From assembly GCA_027306695.1 (NCBI GenBank), contig DAHUZH010000005.1, positions 358 through 64,357 of the forward strand: a stretch of 64,000 nt of DNA. The letters are read 5' to 3'. The notes under the pieces are model-generated. The model had not been told where the DNA came from. It saw nothing but the letters and a program-made list of their open reading frames with translations, and ran no database searches. This stretch comes from Acidobacteriaceae bacterium. GTDB lineage: Bacteria; Acidobacteriota; Terriglobia; Terriglobales; Acidobacteriaceae. Position numbers and translations under genes: made by a program. Shown here one piece after another: positions 16,239 to 25,060 of the stretch (position 1 is the first letter of the stretch; each line of letters starts with the position of its first letter).

Positions 16239-19200
16239 ATGGTCCGATATTCTGCGTTCCGCCCTATTCAACTCGTGTCGGTTCTGTTTGGGTTGTTCAT
16301 TCTGAGTTGTCCACTGCCTGCCCAGATCTCCGGTACGGGCGCAATTACGGGAGTGGTCAGCGACCCTTCTGGCGCTGTCGTTCCCGGGGCTTCCATTACG
16401 GCCACAGACTTGGCCACGGGGCTGGTCCGTCAGGTCACATCCAGTTCGAGCGGCGATTACGCGATTCAGCTTTTGCAGCCGGGTCGTTACCGGGTGGAAA
16501 TTACAAAAGAGGGGTTCGACACGTCGGACTTCGCAAATATCACGGTCAATGTGACGCAGATCACGGCTGTCAATGTCAGGCTCAAGGTTGGCTCGACCAA
16601 GCAGACGGTGCAAGTGCAGGCGGCCGGTCAACTGCTTGAGACCCAATCCAGCACGCTCGGATCTGTGGTTACGGGGGAGATGGTGCGCAATCTTCCTCTC
16701 GCCGTACGGAACTATACGCAGATCATTACCCTGTCGCCCGGCGTCGCCTCCGAAGTGACCAACGCGGCTGAATTCGGACGCGGCGGCGGCGGCGGCGGCG
16801 GAGCCACAACGGACAATCCGGTTGCGGCGGGTACAGCCTGGTCGGAAAACAATTTTCAGATGGATGGCGTGGGAATCAACAATCTCGGTGGCAGCGGGGC
16901 TTTCACTGGCGGCGTCGCCATTCCCAACCCCGACACGATTGCGGAGTTCAAGGTCCAGACCAGCCAGTACGATGCCTCGTATGGGCGCAATGCCGGGGCC
17001 AACGTCAACGTGGTCACAAAAACGGGCACCAATCAATTTCACGGCTCCGTGTGGGAGTTCTTCCGCAACGAAGCTCTCAACGCAAACGATTTTTTCCGCA
17101 AGCAGCAAGACCAACCCCGTGCCGTCCTGCGCCAGAACCAACCGGGCATGACGTTAGGTGGACCGGTCAAGCGCGACAAGGCATTTTTCTTTGTTTCCTA
17201 CCAATCCACGCGCCAGCTCAATGGTCTGGATCCGCAATGTTCTACCGCATTGAATACACCGCCGCTGACCAATGATCGTTCCGCGGCAGCTTTAGGCGCG
17301 TTGTTTGCCGGGCAGCCTACGTTTACCCAGGAACTTGGAATTCCCGGAGGGGCGACTGTGCTTCCCAACGGCTCCAATATCGCGCCGCAGGCGTTGGCCC
17401 TGTTCAATCTCAAGCTGCCGAACGGACAATATATCGTTCCCACGCCGCAGCGGATCGATACCTCCCTGCCGTTTGCCGGTCAGGGAGTCAGCACGATCAG
17501 CCAAGCCTGTCACTTCAATGAAGACCAGTTCATGACCAATGGGGACTGGGAGCAGTCGGCGGCCAGCCAATGGCAGGTGCGGTTCTTCTTCGCCAACAGC
17601 GAGCAGGCTTACACATTTCCATTTGCCAATCTCGGTGGCGCAACAGCCCCGGGGTTCCCGCTGGACGAACCCGATCACTTCCGCAACCTGTCGATCATTA
17701 ACAACCACGTTTTCAGCTCCAATCTTCTCAATCAGGCGGAGTTTGGGTTCCACCGTGTCTGGGTCGACACGGCCCAGCAGGAGGCATTCCATTATTCCGA
17801 TATCGGCGCGGCAGTCCCGTCCTTCGACACGTTGCCGGAGATCAATTTTCTTGGGGGCATCACGCTGGGAGGAAATGGGCAGACATTGCGTCTCGCACTC
17901 AATACCTTTGTGTACCAGGACACCGTATCGTGGACGCATGGAAACCATGCGTTCCGTTTCGGCGGCGGGGTAACACGCGCCCAGTACAACTTAGATACCC
18001 TGACGTTCCTTGGAGGCTTGCTTTTCGGCACCTATCCCGACGCGTTGCTCGGCGAGAGTGCGGCGCAAAATGGGACCCCATTCAGCAATATGTATCTTTC
18101 GATCGATTTTCCAAATGAGGACTCACGGAAATGGCGCACACTCGACTACCATGCGTATGCGCAGGACGACTACAAGGTCACGCCGCGTTTGACCCTCAAC
18201 CTGGGTTTCCGGTATGAGCGCATCGGAGACATTTCGGATGCGATGGGACGCGGCTCGAATTTCAATATCACGACCGCCAATCCTAACCCACCGGCGAGCG
18301 GATCGTTGCAGGGCTTTGTGGTCGCCTCGAACTTCAGCGGAACACCTCCGCCCGGCGTAACACGAGCACCGGGCAAGCTACCTTATGCGGGGGACGGTCA
18401 AAATACCCTCAACCCGCGCGTGGGCTTTGCCTGGCAGCTTCCGGAAACCGGTCGCGTGGTGCTGCGCGGAGGCTACGGGATCTTTCACGAAACGGCAACC
18501 GGTCAACCGAATATTCAATTGCTTCTCAATCCTCCGTTTGGGCAACTCCGCGAATTTGTCGGCGCGGGCAATGCAGCGGCAAACTGGGCCACCCCACTCC
18601 CGCCATTCACCGGCACATTTCCTTTCTTCACGCCGTACTCGCCGACCACAGCGCTCAGTCTGTTCGCCTACGCAAACAACTTTCGTCCAGCGGTGGTGCA
18701 GCACTACAGCCTGAATGCGCAGGCGGAGCTGGCAAGGAACACAGTGCTGGAGGTTGGATATCTGGGCACGCGAGGACAGCACCTGTTGATTACCCGCCTG
18801 CCAGACCAGGCCCTGTCGGCCAGCCCCGCCAGTCCCATCCGTGGACAAACGGACAACACGCTCGCGAATATTCCATTGCGGGTCCCGGTCGAGGGATTCA
18901 ATACGAGCACTTTCAATCAAATCGAATCGACTGGCTCCTCCTGGTACAATGCCCTGCTGGCGAATTTTACCCGGCGTTTCCAGAACGGTTCGGAAGTCCA
19001 GGTTGCATATACCTGGTCGCGCAGTCTCTCCGACACGCTTGCGGCCTCGACTGGCCCGAATGGAGGAACCAGGGAAGGCAATCAGAACGACCCAAGTGCG
19101 GACTATGGGCCGGACTATTTCAGCCGTCCCAACCGGCTGGTTGCGAACTTCGTGTACCAGATCCCCACACACTTCCGAACGACGTCGCTGACGGGCGAAG

Positions 19201-19709
19201 CTCTGGGAGGCTGGGCAGCGACTGGCGTGATTACGATTCAGTCCGGGCATTTTCTTTATGCCACCAATACCAATGCTCTCAATGCGTTTGGCATCAATAG
19301 TACGGACCAGGATTTTGCCGAACTGACGCCTACCTGTACCAGCTCTCAGCTTGGCACTCGCGGATCGGTGACCAGCAAGCTGAATAATTACTTCAATACG
19401 AATTGTTTTACATCGACTTATCCTGTCGTGGGTGCCGATGGGGTCGCAACCGGGTTCGGCAATTCAAAGCCTGGGCTGCTGCTTGGCCCAGCGCAAAACA
19501 ATGTGGACTTTGCAATGGCGAAGACGTTTCCATTTAACGTGCGTAGCAAGAGTGCGGACGTCCAATTCCGCGCCGAACTGTTCAACGCCTTCAACACGCC
19601 GCAATTCAGCGATCCAGGCCTGGCTTTGGATTCACCTACTTTCGGCGTGATTACTACCACTGCGGTTGCCCCAAGGATTATGCAGTTGGCCTTGAAAATC
19701 AACTTCTAA
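16239..19709 (+). CDS. TonB-dependent outer-membrane receptor with carboxypeptidase-regulatory-like N-terminal domain
   Basis: The tracked ORF starts at 16056. ATG 16239 has AGGAGG 7-8 nt upstream and gives the signal peptide MVRYSAFRPIQLVSVLFGLFILSCPLPAQ. 'GVVSDPSGAVVPGASITATDLATG...YRVEITKEGF' is CarboxypepD_reg-like. The protein ends ...ALKINF. Confidence 0.9.
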   Translation: MVRYSAFRPIQLVSVLFGLFILSCPLPAQISGTGAITGVVSDPSGAVVPGASITATDLATGLVRQVTSSSSGDYAIQLLQPGRYRVEITKEGFDTSDFANITVNVTQITAVNVRLKVGSTKQTVQVQAAGQLLETQSSTLGSVVTGEMVRNLPLAVRNYTQIITLSPGVASEVTNAAEFGRGGGGGGGATTDNPVAAGTAWSENNFQMDGVGINNLGGSGAFTGGVAIPNPDTIAEFKVQTSQYDASYGRNAGANVNVVTKTGTNQFHGSVWEFFRNEALNANDFFRKQQDQPRAVLRQNQPGMTLGGPVKRDKAFFFVSYQSTRQLNGLDPQCSTALNTPPLTNDRSAAALGALFAGQPTFTQELGIPGGATVLPNGSNIAPQALALFNLKLPNGQYIVPTPQRIDTSLPFAGQGVSTISQACHFNEDQFMTNGDWEQSAASQWQVRFFFANSEQAYTFPFANLGGATAPGFPLDEPDHFRNLSIINNHVFSSNLLNQAEFGFHRVWVDTAQQEAFHYSDIGAAVPSFDTLPEINFLGGITLGGNGQTLRLALNTFVYQDTVSWTHGNHAFRFGGGVTRAQYNLDTLTFLGGLLFGTYPDALLGESAAQNGTPFSNMYLSIDFPNEDSRKWRTLDYHAYAQDDYKVTPRLTLNLGFRYERIGDISDAMGRGSNFNITTANPNPPASGSLQGFVVASNFSGTPPPGVTRAPGKLPYAGDGQNTLNPRVGFAWQLPETGRVVLRGGYGIFHETATGQPNIQLLLNPPFGQLREFVGAGNAAANWATPLPPFTGTFPFFTPYSPTTALSLFAYANNFRPAVVQHYSLNAQAELARNTVLEVGYLGTRGQHLLITRLPDQALSASPASPIRGQTDNTLANIPLRVPVEGFNTSTFNQIESTGSSWYNALLANFTRRFQNGSEVQVAYTWSRSLSDTLAASTGPNGGTREGNQNDPSADYGPDYFSRPNRLVANFVYQIPTHFRTTSLTGEALGGWAATGVITIQSGHFLYATNTNALNAFGINSTDQDFAELTPTCTSSQLGTRGSVTSKLNNYFNTNCFTSTYPVVGADGVATGFGNSKPGLLLGPAQNNVDFAMAKTFPFNVRSKSADVQFRAELFNAFNTPQFSDPGLALDSPTFGVITTTAVAPRIMQLALKINF
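16780..16801 (+). repeat. In-frame (GGC)6-GGA trinucleotide repeat encoding Gly7
   Basis: cgc ggc ggc ggc ggc ggc ggc gga encodes R-G7 ('EFGRGGGGGGGATTDNP') inside TBDR2. Confidence 0.9.
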
Positions 19710-19728
19710 GTCTTACTTGAGGGCAGCA

Positions 19729-22700
19729 ATGAATAAGATCTTATTTTGTCTGGTCGCCTCTCTCTTTGTCGGCATGGGGGCGCAGGCCCAAAACGAAAAA
19801 CCGCTGCTGATGCAGCAACCGACGTTGAACGCTACCCGCATCGTGTTTGCATACGGAGGCGATCTGTGGCGGGTGGGCCGCGAAGGAGGCGCCGCGATAA
19901 GACTAACCAGCGGGCCGGGCGATAAATCCAACCCGAAATTTTCACCCGATGGGAAGTTGATCGCCTTCACGGGGAGATACGACGGGAACCCCAACGTTTA
20001 TGTGATGCCTGCGGAAGGCGGCCAACCGCGCCAACTGACCTATAGTCCCGGATGGGACATAGTGGAGGGTTGGACGCCGGACGGACAGAATGTTTTGTTC
20101 CAATCTCTTCGCGATAGCTTTTCTATGCGTTATAAGCAGCTTTATACCATCTCCATCCACGGCGGTTTCGCAAAGACATTGCCGCTGCCGATGGGGTATC
20201 AGGCGTCTTACTCGCCGGATGGAAGCCACCTGGCTTATACGCCCCTACCGCGCGAGATTTTTTTTGGCGGTCAGAACGTTCTTGTACATGCATACTGGGC
20301 GCATTACCACGGCGGACTTGCACCGCAGGTCTGGATCGCGGACCTGGCAGATTCCAGCGTCATCAAGGTCCCCCACGAAAACGCAAGCGACTTCAACCCG
20401 ATGTGGGTCGGGAACAAAATTTATTTTCTTTCGGCGCGCACGGAGCCAATCTCGCTCTATGTCTACGACACCGCTACGAAAAAAGTTTCTCAGGCGATCG
20501 AGAACTCCGGCATGGACATTATGTCCGCCTCCGCCGGGCCCGGCGCGATCGTGTATGAGCAGTTCGGGTCGCTCCATCTTTACGATCTTGCTAGCGGGCA
20601 TCAGCACGAAGTCCACGTAACGATCGCCGGCGACTTCCCGCAGACTCGTTCTCATTTTGAAAAGGTAGCCGACCACATCTTGAATTCTGGAATTTCTCCA
20701 ACCGGCGCACGCGCTGTGTTTGAGGCGCATGGTGAAATTCTTACCGTACCGGCGGAGAAAGGGAGCATTCGGAACATCACAAATTCACCAGGGGTCGCCG
20801 ACCGTTCGCCTGCGTGGTCCCCAGATGGAAAATCGATCGCCTATTTCTCGGATGAGTCAGGGGAATACACACTGGATATTAAGAGCCAGGATGGCATGGG
20901 CCCCGCACGTTCGATCGGTTTGGGAAAACTGTCGTCGTACTTCTTTCAACTTGCGTGGTCCCCGGACAGTCGGAAGCTGGTGTACACCGATAAGAGGTTA
21001 AATGTCTGGTATCTCGATCTGGATCATCCAGTACCGGTCAAGGTGGACACGGATTTTTATTTCGAATTTGGCCAGAACCTGAATCCCGCCTGGTCGCCGG
21101 ACAGCCGTTGGATCGTCTATACCAAGTTGCTCAAAAACCGTCTGCGGGCCGTGTTCGTCTATTCGCTGGAAACTGGCAAGGCCATGCAGGTCACGGATGG
21201 GTTGAGCGACGCGGAACATGCCGTTTTCGACAAGAGCGGGAAATATCTTTTCTTCACAGCTAGTACGAATGCGGGGCCAGCGAGCTTCGCGCTGGACATG
21301 ACAAGCGATCCTTTCCGGGTGACCCGCAGCGTTTATGTCGTGATATTGCGCAAAGGTCTTCCTTCCCCCCTGGCACCGCAAAGCGACGAAGAAAAAGTTG
21401 CGGCAGCCACTAAGGCCAATGCAGCGCAGGAGAAACCGGGCGCCAAACCAAAAGATGATAACGGCGCCGCTGTCCAGATCGATATCGACCGCATCAGTCA
21501 ACGCATCCTGGCGCTGCCGATTCCCGCAGCCAACTATACGATGTTGCAGGCAGGCAAGGCGGGAGAAATTTTTCTGCTCCAGACATCGCCAGAGACCCAT
21601 CGGTCCACGCTGGTTAAATTCAGCCTGGCGGACCGTCAAGTCACACAATTGTTGGCAGGTATTCAGGGAATCTCGGTTTCATTCGATGGCGAGAAGTTTC
21701 TATTTCAGCAGGGTGACAAATGGGGCATCGCTTCAACTGCTGCGCCGGTCAAGCCCGGCCAGGGGCTGCTTACTATGGATGCGATGCAGGTCTGGGTGGC
21801 GCCACGCGAAGAATGGGGCCAGATGTATCGCGAAGTATGGCGCATCGAACGCGACTATTTTTATGCTTCCAACTACGCTGGCCTGAATCTGACGGACTCC
21901 GAAAAAGAATATGGCCGCTATCTCCCGGGCATCAAGAGCAGGGAAGATCTCAATTATCTTTTTCGGGAGATGCTGGGGAAGCTCTCCACCGGGCATACGT
22001 TCGCAGGAGGCGGAGATATTCCCAGTCCGTCCCCAGTTGGCGTCGGCTTGCTGGGCGCGGATTACACAATCGAAAATGGCCGCTATCGTTTCAAGACGGT
22101 TTATAGCGGAGAGAACTGGAACCCGGAACTTCGCGCACCGCTGACCGAGCCAGGCGTCGATGTAAATGCTGGCGATTATCTGTTGGCGGTGAATGGCCGC
22201 GAGATCCATGGCAGCGACAACATCTATCGCTTTTTTCTCAATACCGTCGATCAGCAAGTAGCACTGAAGGTTGGGCCGAATCCAGACGGCTCAAACGCAC
22301 GGGAAGTGACCGTCGTTCCCATAGGTAACGAAATCGCGCTGCGGGGCCGTAATTGGATATATGACAATCTTCGCAAGGTCGACGAGTTAAGCGGTGGAAA
22401 AATCGCTTACGTATATCTACCCGACACCGCGGAAGGTGGGATCACCTCGTTCAACCGCTACTTCTTCGCACAGGTTGGAAAGCAGGGCGTGATTGTCGAT
22501 GATCGTTTCAACAGCGGTGGCCAGGCCGCAGACTACATTATCCAGTATTTGCAGCGGACACTCTGGAATTACTGGTATACGCCGAACGGCGCTGTTCAGA
22601 CGGAACCGGGAGAAGCCATCTTCGGCCCCAAGGCTATGCTGATCAACCCCTATGCGGGTTCAGGCGGCGATCTGATCCCGTGGTTCTTCCACCATAACAA

Positions 22701-23007
22701 TGTTGGAATGCTCATCGGAGAAAGGACTTGGGGTGGCGAGGTTGGAATTACGGGATATCCGCCGCTGATCGACGGCGGAGAGGTGACTGCGCCCAGCCTC
22801 GCCTTCTTTACCAAGGAAGGCAAATGGGGAATTGAAAACGAAGGTATACCGCCTGACGTTGAGGTATCTATGGATCCAAAAGCATGGCGTCAGGGCCGCG
22901 ACCCGCAATTGGAGAAAGCAGTACAAGTGGTACTCGAAAAGCTCAAAGCCAATCCTCTGCCAAAGCCTACAGTGCCACCGTTCCCGGATTACTATAAGAC
23001 GCACTGA
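19729..23007 (+). CDS. Tricorn-protease homologue (beta-propellers + PDZ + peptidase S41 core) with Sec signal peptide
   Basis: ATG 19729 gives MNKILFCLVASLFVGMGAQAQ. 'IVFAYGGDLWRVGREGGAAIRLTSGPGDKSNPKFSPDGKLIAFTGRYDGNPNVYVM' plus repeated 'SPAWSPDGKSIAYFS' / 'NPAWSPDSRWIVY' blades. C-terminal 'VIVDDRFNSGGQAADYI' is S41-like. ~1092 aa. Confidence 0.85.
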   Translation: MNKILFCLVASLFVGMGAQAQNEKPLLMQQPTLNATRIVFAYGGDLWRVGREGGAAIRLTSGPGDKSNPKFSPDGKLIAFTGRYDGNPNVYVMPAEGGQPRQLTYSPGWDIVEGWTPDGQNVLFQSLRDSFSMRYKQLYTISIHGGFAKTLPLPMGYQASYSPDGSHLAYTPLPREIFFGGQNVLVHAYWAHYHGGLAPQVWIADLADSSVIKVPHENASDFNPMWVGNKIYFLSARTEPISLYVYDTATKKVSQAIENSGMDIMSASAGPGAIVYEQFGSLHLYDLASGHQHEVHVTIAGDFPQTRSHFEKVADHILNSGISPTGARAVFEAHGEILTVPAEKGSIRNITNSPGVADRSPAWSPDGKSIAYFSDESGEYTLDIKSQDGMGPARSIGLGKLSSYFFQLAWSPDSRKLVYTDKRLNVWYLDLDHPVPVKVDTDFYFEFGQNLNPAWSPDSRWIVYTKLLKNRLRAVFVYSLETGKAMQVTDGLSDAEHAVFDKSGKYLFFTASTNAGPASFALDMTSDPFRVTRSVYVVILRKGLPSPLAPQSDEEKVAAATKANAAQEKPGAKPKDDNGAAVQIDIDRISQRILALPIPAANYTMLQAGKAGEIFLLQTSPETHRSTLVKFSLADRQVTQLLAGIQGISVSFDGEKFLFQQGDKWGIASTAAPVKPGQGLLTMDAMQVWVAPREEWGQMYREVWRIERDYFYASNYAGLNLTDSEKEYGRYLPGIKSREDLNYLFREMLGKLSTGHTFAGGGDIPSPSPVGVGLLGADYTIENGRYRFKTVYSGENWNPELRAPLTEPGVDVNAGDYLLAVNGREIHGSDNIYRFFLNTVDQQVALKVGPNPDGSNAREVTVVPIGNEIALRGRNWIYDNLRKVDELSGGKIAYVYLPDTAEGGITSFNRYFFAQVGKQGVIVDDRFNSGGQAADYIIQYLQRTLWNYWYTPNGAVQTEPGEAIFGPKAMLINPYAGSGGDLIPWFFHHNNVGMLIGERTWGGEVGITGYPPLIDGGEVTAPSLAFFTKEGKWGIENEGIPPDVEVSMDPKAWRQGRDPQLEKAVQVVLEKLKANPLPKPTVPPFPDYYKTH

Positions 23008-23028
23008 AGCAGTTCTAAATAGAAAAGG

Positions 23029-25041
23029 ATGAGGTCCGCTGTGAAACTAAATCGTGGGATAGTTTTTTCGTTAACCACACTCGCGTTGTGTGTGCCGTTT
23101 ATTCTTCGAGCCGATGGCCAGCGTCCCAAATTGCCAGCACCTCCGCCTGCCGTTCAGGTGCCGGGTTCTGCCTCGACCTCTGCTCCAACACCTTCTACAC
23201 CGGCGGCGATGACCGCCCAGGATATAGACGCTTTTCTTGACGGGGTAGTGCCGCTTCAGCTCAAAGAGCAGAACATCGCCGGCGCGGTGGTGATCGTTGT
23301 TAAGGATGGCAAGGTCCTTTATGCCAAGGGCTATGGGTACTCCGACGTCAAGAATAAAAAGCCGGTCACAACCGATGCGACTCTCTTCCGCCCGGGATCG
23401 ACCTCTAAATTATTTACCTGGACAGCGGTCATGCAACTGGTCCAGCAAGGGAAGATCGATCTGGACCGCAACGTGAATGACTATCTCGATTTCAAAATTC
23501 CCGACACTTACCCGCAGCCAATTACCATGCGCAATCTGATGACGCATACGCCGGGATTTGAAGAGTCGATCCAGGACCTGATCGTCGACAATCCGAAGGA
23601 CATGGAACCTCTGGGTAAATACCTGAAGACGCATGTGCCAGCGCGCGTTTTTCCGCCGGGTACAACAGGGGCCTACTCGAACTACGGCGCGGCCCTGGCC
23701 AGCTACATCGTGCAGCGCGTTTCCGGTGTTCCTTTCGACGAATATATCGAGAAAAATATTTTTGGGCCGCTCAACATGCAGCACTCAACCTTCCGCGAGC
23801 CTCTGCCAGCCAATCTAAAACCGCTGATGTCGAATGGCTATAAGTTGGCATCCGGGAAGCCTCAGCCGTTTGAATTTGTGTTGCCGACCGGCGCTGGCGG
23901 CATGAGTACAACCGCAGAGGACATCTCGCACTTCATGCTCGCTCATTTGCAGGGAGGAGAATACAACGGCGTCAGCATTCTGCAGCCGGCGACGGTGGCC
24001 GAGATGCACACGCGTCAGCAATATGGAGAAAATCCCGCCACTAGCGGCATGTGTTTGGGATTTTACGAGGAGAGCCGCAATGGCCACCGGATCATAGGCC
24101 ACGGCGGGGACACGATATTTTTTCATAGCAATCTGCATTTAATGCCCGACGCCAATTTTGGTTTTTTTGTTTCCTACAACAGTGCAGGCAAGGGAGGGAT
24201 CAGTCCGCGCGATGCCCTCTGGGACCAGTTCCTCGATAGGTATTTTCCATATACCATTCCTGCCGCATCTCCTGTCACCAATGCCGTTCAGGACGCGAAA
24301 TTGGTCGCTGGTCAATATAGCGTGAGCCGTGGCGGATTCACGAACATTTTTAGCTTTACTCAACTTTTAGGGGAATTGACGATAAGCGCCAAACCCGACG
24401 GCACAATCCTCACGGACGATATGAAGACCCTGGCTGGAGAACCCAGGCAATGGAAAGAGATCGCTCCGCTGGTGTATCGCTCGATCGATGGGCAAAGTCT
24501 GCTGGCGTTTCAACGAAATGCCAACGGCGGCCTGCGTGCTTCCATCGACTATCCGTTTATGGTCTTTGACCGGGTTTCTTTCCTAAACGGCAAATCATTC
24601 AATATGGTCCTGCTGTTCTTTGTTCCTATTGTCACTTTGTTCGCTGTCCTCTCCTGGCCGATTGCCACCTGGATGCGGAAACATTACCATCGTCCGCTTG
24701 TGCTAACTCCTGTACAGAGGCGGTCCTATATCGCCCTGCGCATTGTCTGCCTGTTGGATGTGGTGTTCTGCCTAGGTTGGCTCATTCTTCTTTCCAAACT
24801 AGGGGAAGGTTTTGCCCTCTTTTCTTCTCATCTGGATCCCGTCCTGCGGCTGATCCAGATTGTCGGTTGGCTGGGAAGCCTGGGCACTCTAGTTGTCCTA
24901 TATGCCATTTTTCAGTTACGGAACATGGAAAATAGCTGGTGGCTGGCAAGGATCAGTTATGGATTGGTCGGCGTGGCCTGCATTGGGTTTTCCTGGTTTC
25001 TTCTCCATTGGCACATGCTCCATTTCAGCATCAGGTTCTAA
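23029..25041 (+). CDS. Serine hydrolase (beta-lactamase/peptidase S12 family) with C-terminal 4-TM membrane anchor
   Basis: Signal peptide. SxxK motif in 'RPGSTSKLFTW'. 'NLMTHTPGF'. The last ~150 aa form four hydrophobic helices (VLLFFVPIVTLFAVLSWPIA, IALRIVCLLDVVFCLGWLILL, LIQIVGWLGSLGTLVVLYAIF, GLVGVACIGFSWFLL). Confidence 0.85.
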   Translation: MRSAVKLNRGIVFSLTTLALCVPFILRADGQRPKLPAPPPAVQVPGSASTSAPTPSTPAAMTAQDIDAFLDGVVPLQLKEQNIAGAVVIVVKDGKVLYAKGYGYSDVKNKKPVTTDATLFRPGSTSKLFTWTAVMQLVQQGKIDLDRNVNDYLDFKIPDTYPQPITMRNLMTHTPGFEESIQDLIVDNPKDMEPLGKYLKTHVPARVFPPGTTGAYSNYGAALASYIVQRVSGVPFDEYIEKNIFGPLNMQHSTFREPLPANLKPLMSNGYKLASGKPQPFEFVLPTGAGGMSTTAEDISHFMLAHLQGGEYNGVSILQPATVAEMHTRQQYGENPATSGMCLGFYEESRNGHRIIGHGGDTIFFHSNLHLMPDANFGFFVSYNSAGKGGISPRDALWDQFLDRYFPYTIPAASPVTNAVQDAKLVAGQYSVSRGGFTNIFSFTQLLGELTISAKPDGTILTDDMKTLAGEPRQWKEIAPLVYRSIDGQSLLAFQRNANGGLRASIDYPFMVFDRVSFLNGKSFNMVLLFFVPIVTLFAVLSWPIATWMRKHYHRPLVLTPVQRRSYIALRIVCLLDVVFCLGWLILLSKLGEGFALFSSHLDPVLRLIQIVGWLGSLGTLVVLYAIFQLRNMENSWWLARISYGLVGVACIGFSWFLLHWHMLHFSIRF

Positions 25042-25060
25042 AAACAGAGATCTGATTTTT

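Noticed and set aside
16236-17141. 301-aa ORF antisense to TBDR2; similar ORFs at 17292..17948 and 18378..19250
   Set aside because: These are Arg/Gly/Pro-rich low-complexity translations lying entirely inside a strongly supported gene on the other strand. They are typical shadow ORFs of GC-biased third positions. No RBS and no recognisable motifs.
20251-20270. T8 homopolymers (also at 51791-51798 and 60472-60479) as phase-variation sites
   Set aside because: They are simply consecutive Phe codons (FF/FFF/FFFF) in conserved hydrophobic segments. Only the A9/T9 tract in the sensor kinase was kept, as a low-interest note.
24893-25060. N-terminal extension of the S9 peptidase ORF, overlapping the end of the S12 gene
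   Set aside because: The extension has no signal peptide and lies in the coding region of the upstream gene. ATG 25061 yields a proper signal peptide 19 nt after the upstream stop. The same reasoning applies to 56568-56666 (rhaB), 16056-16238 (TBDR2) and 8103-8186.
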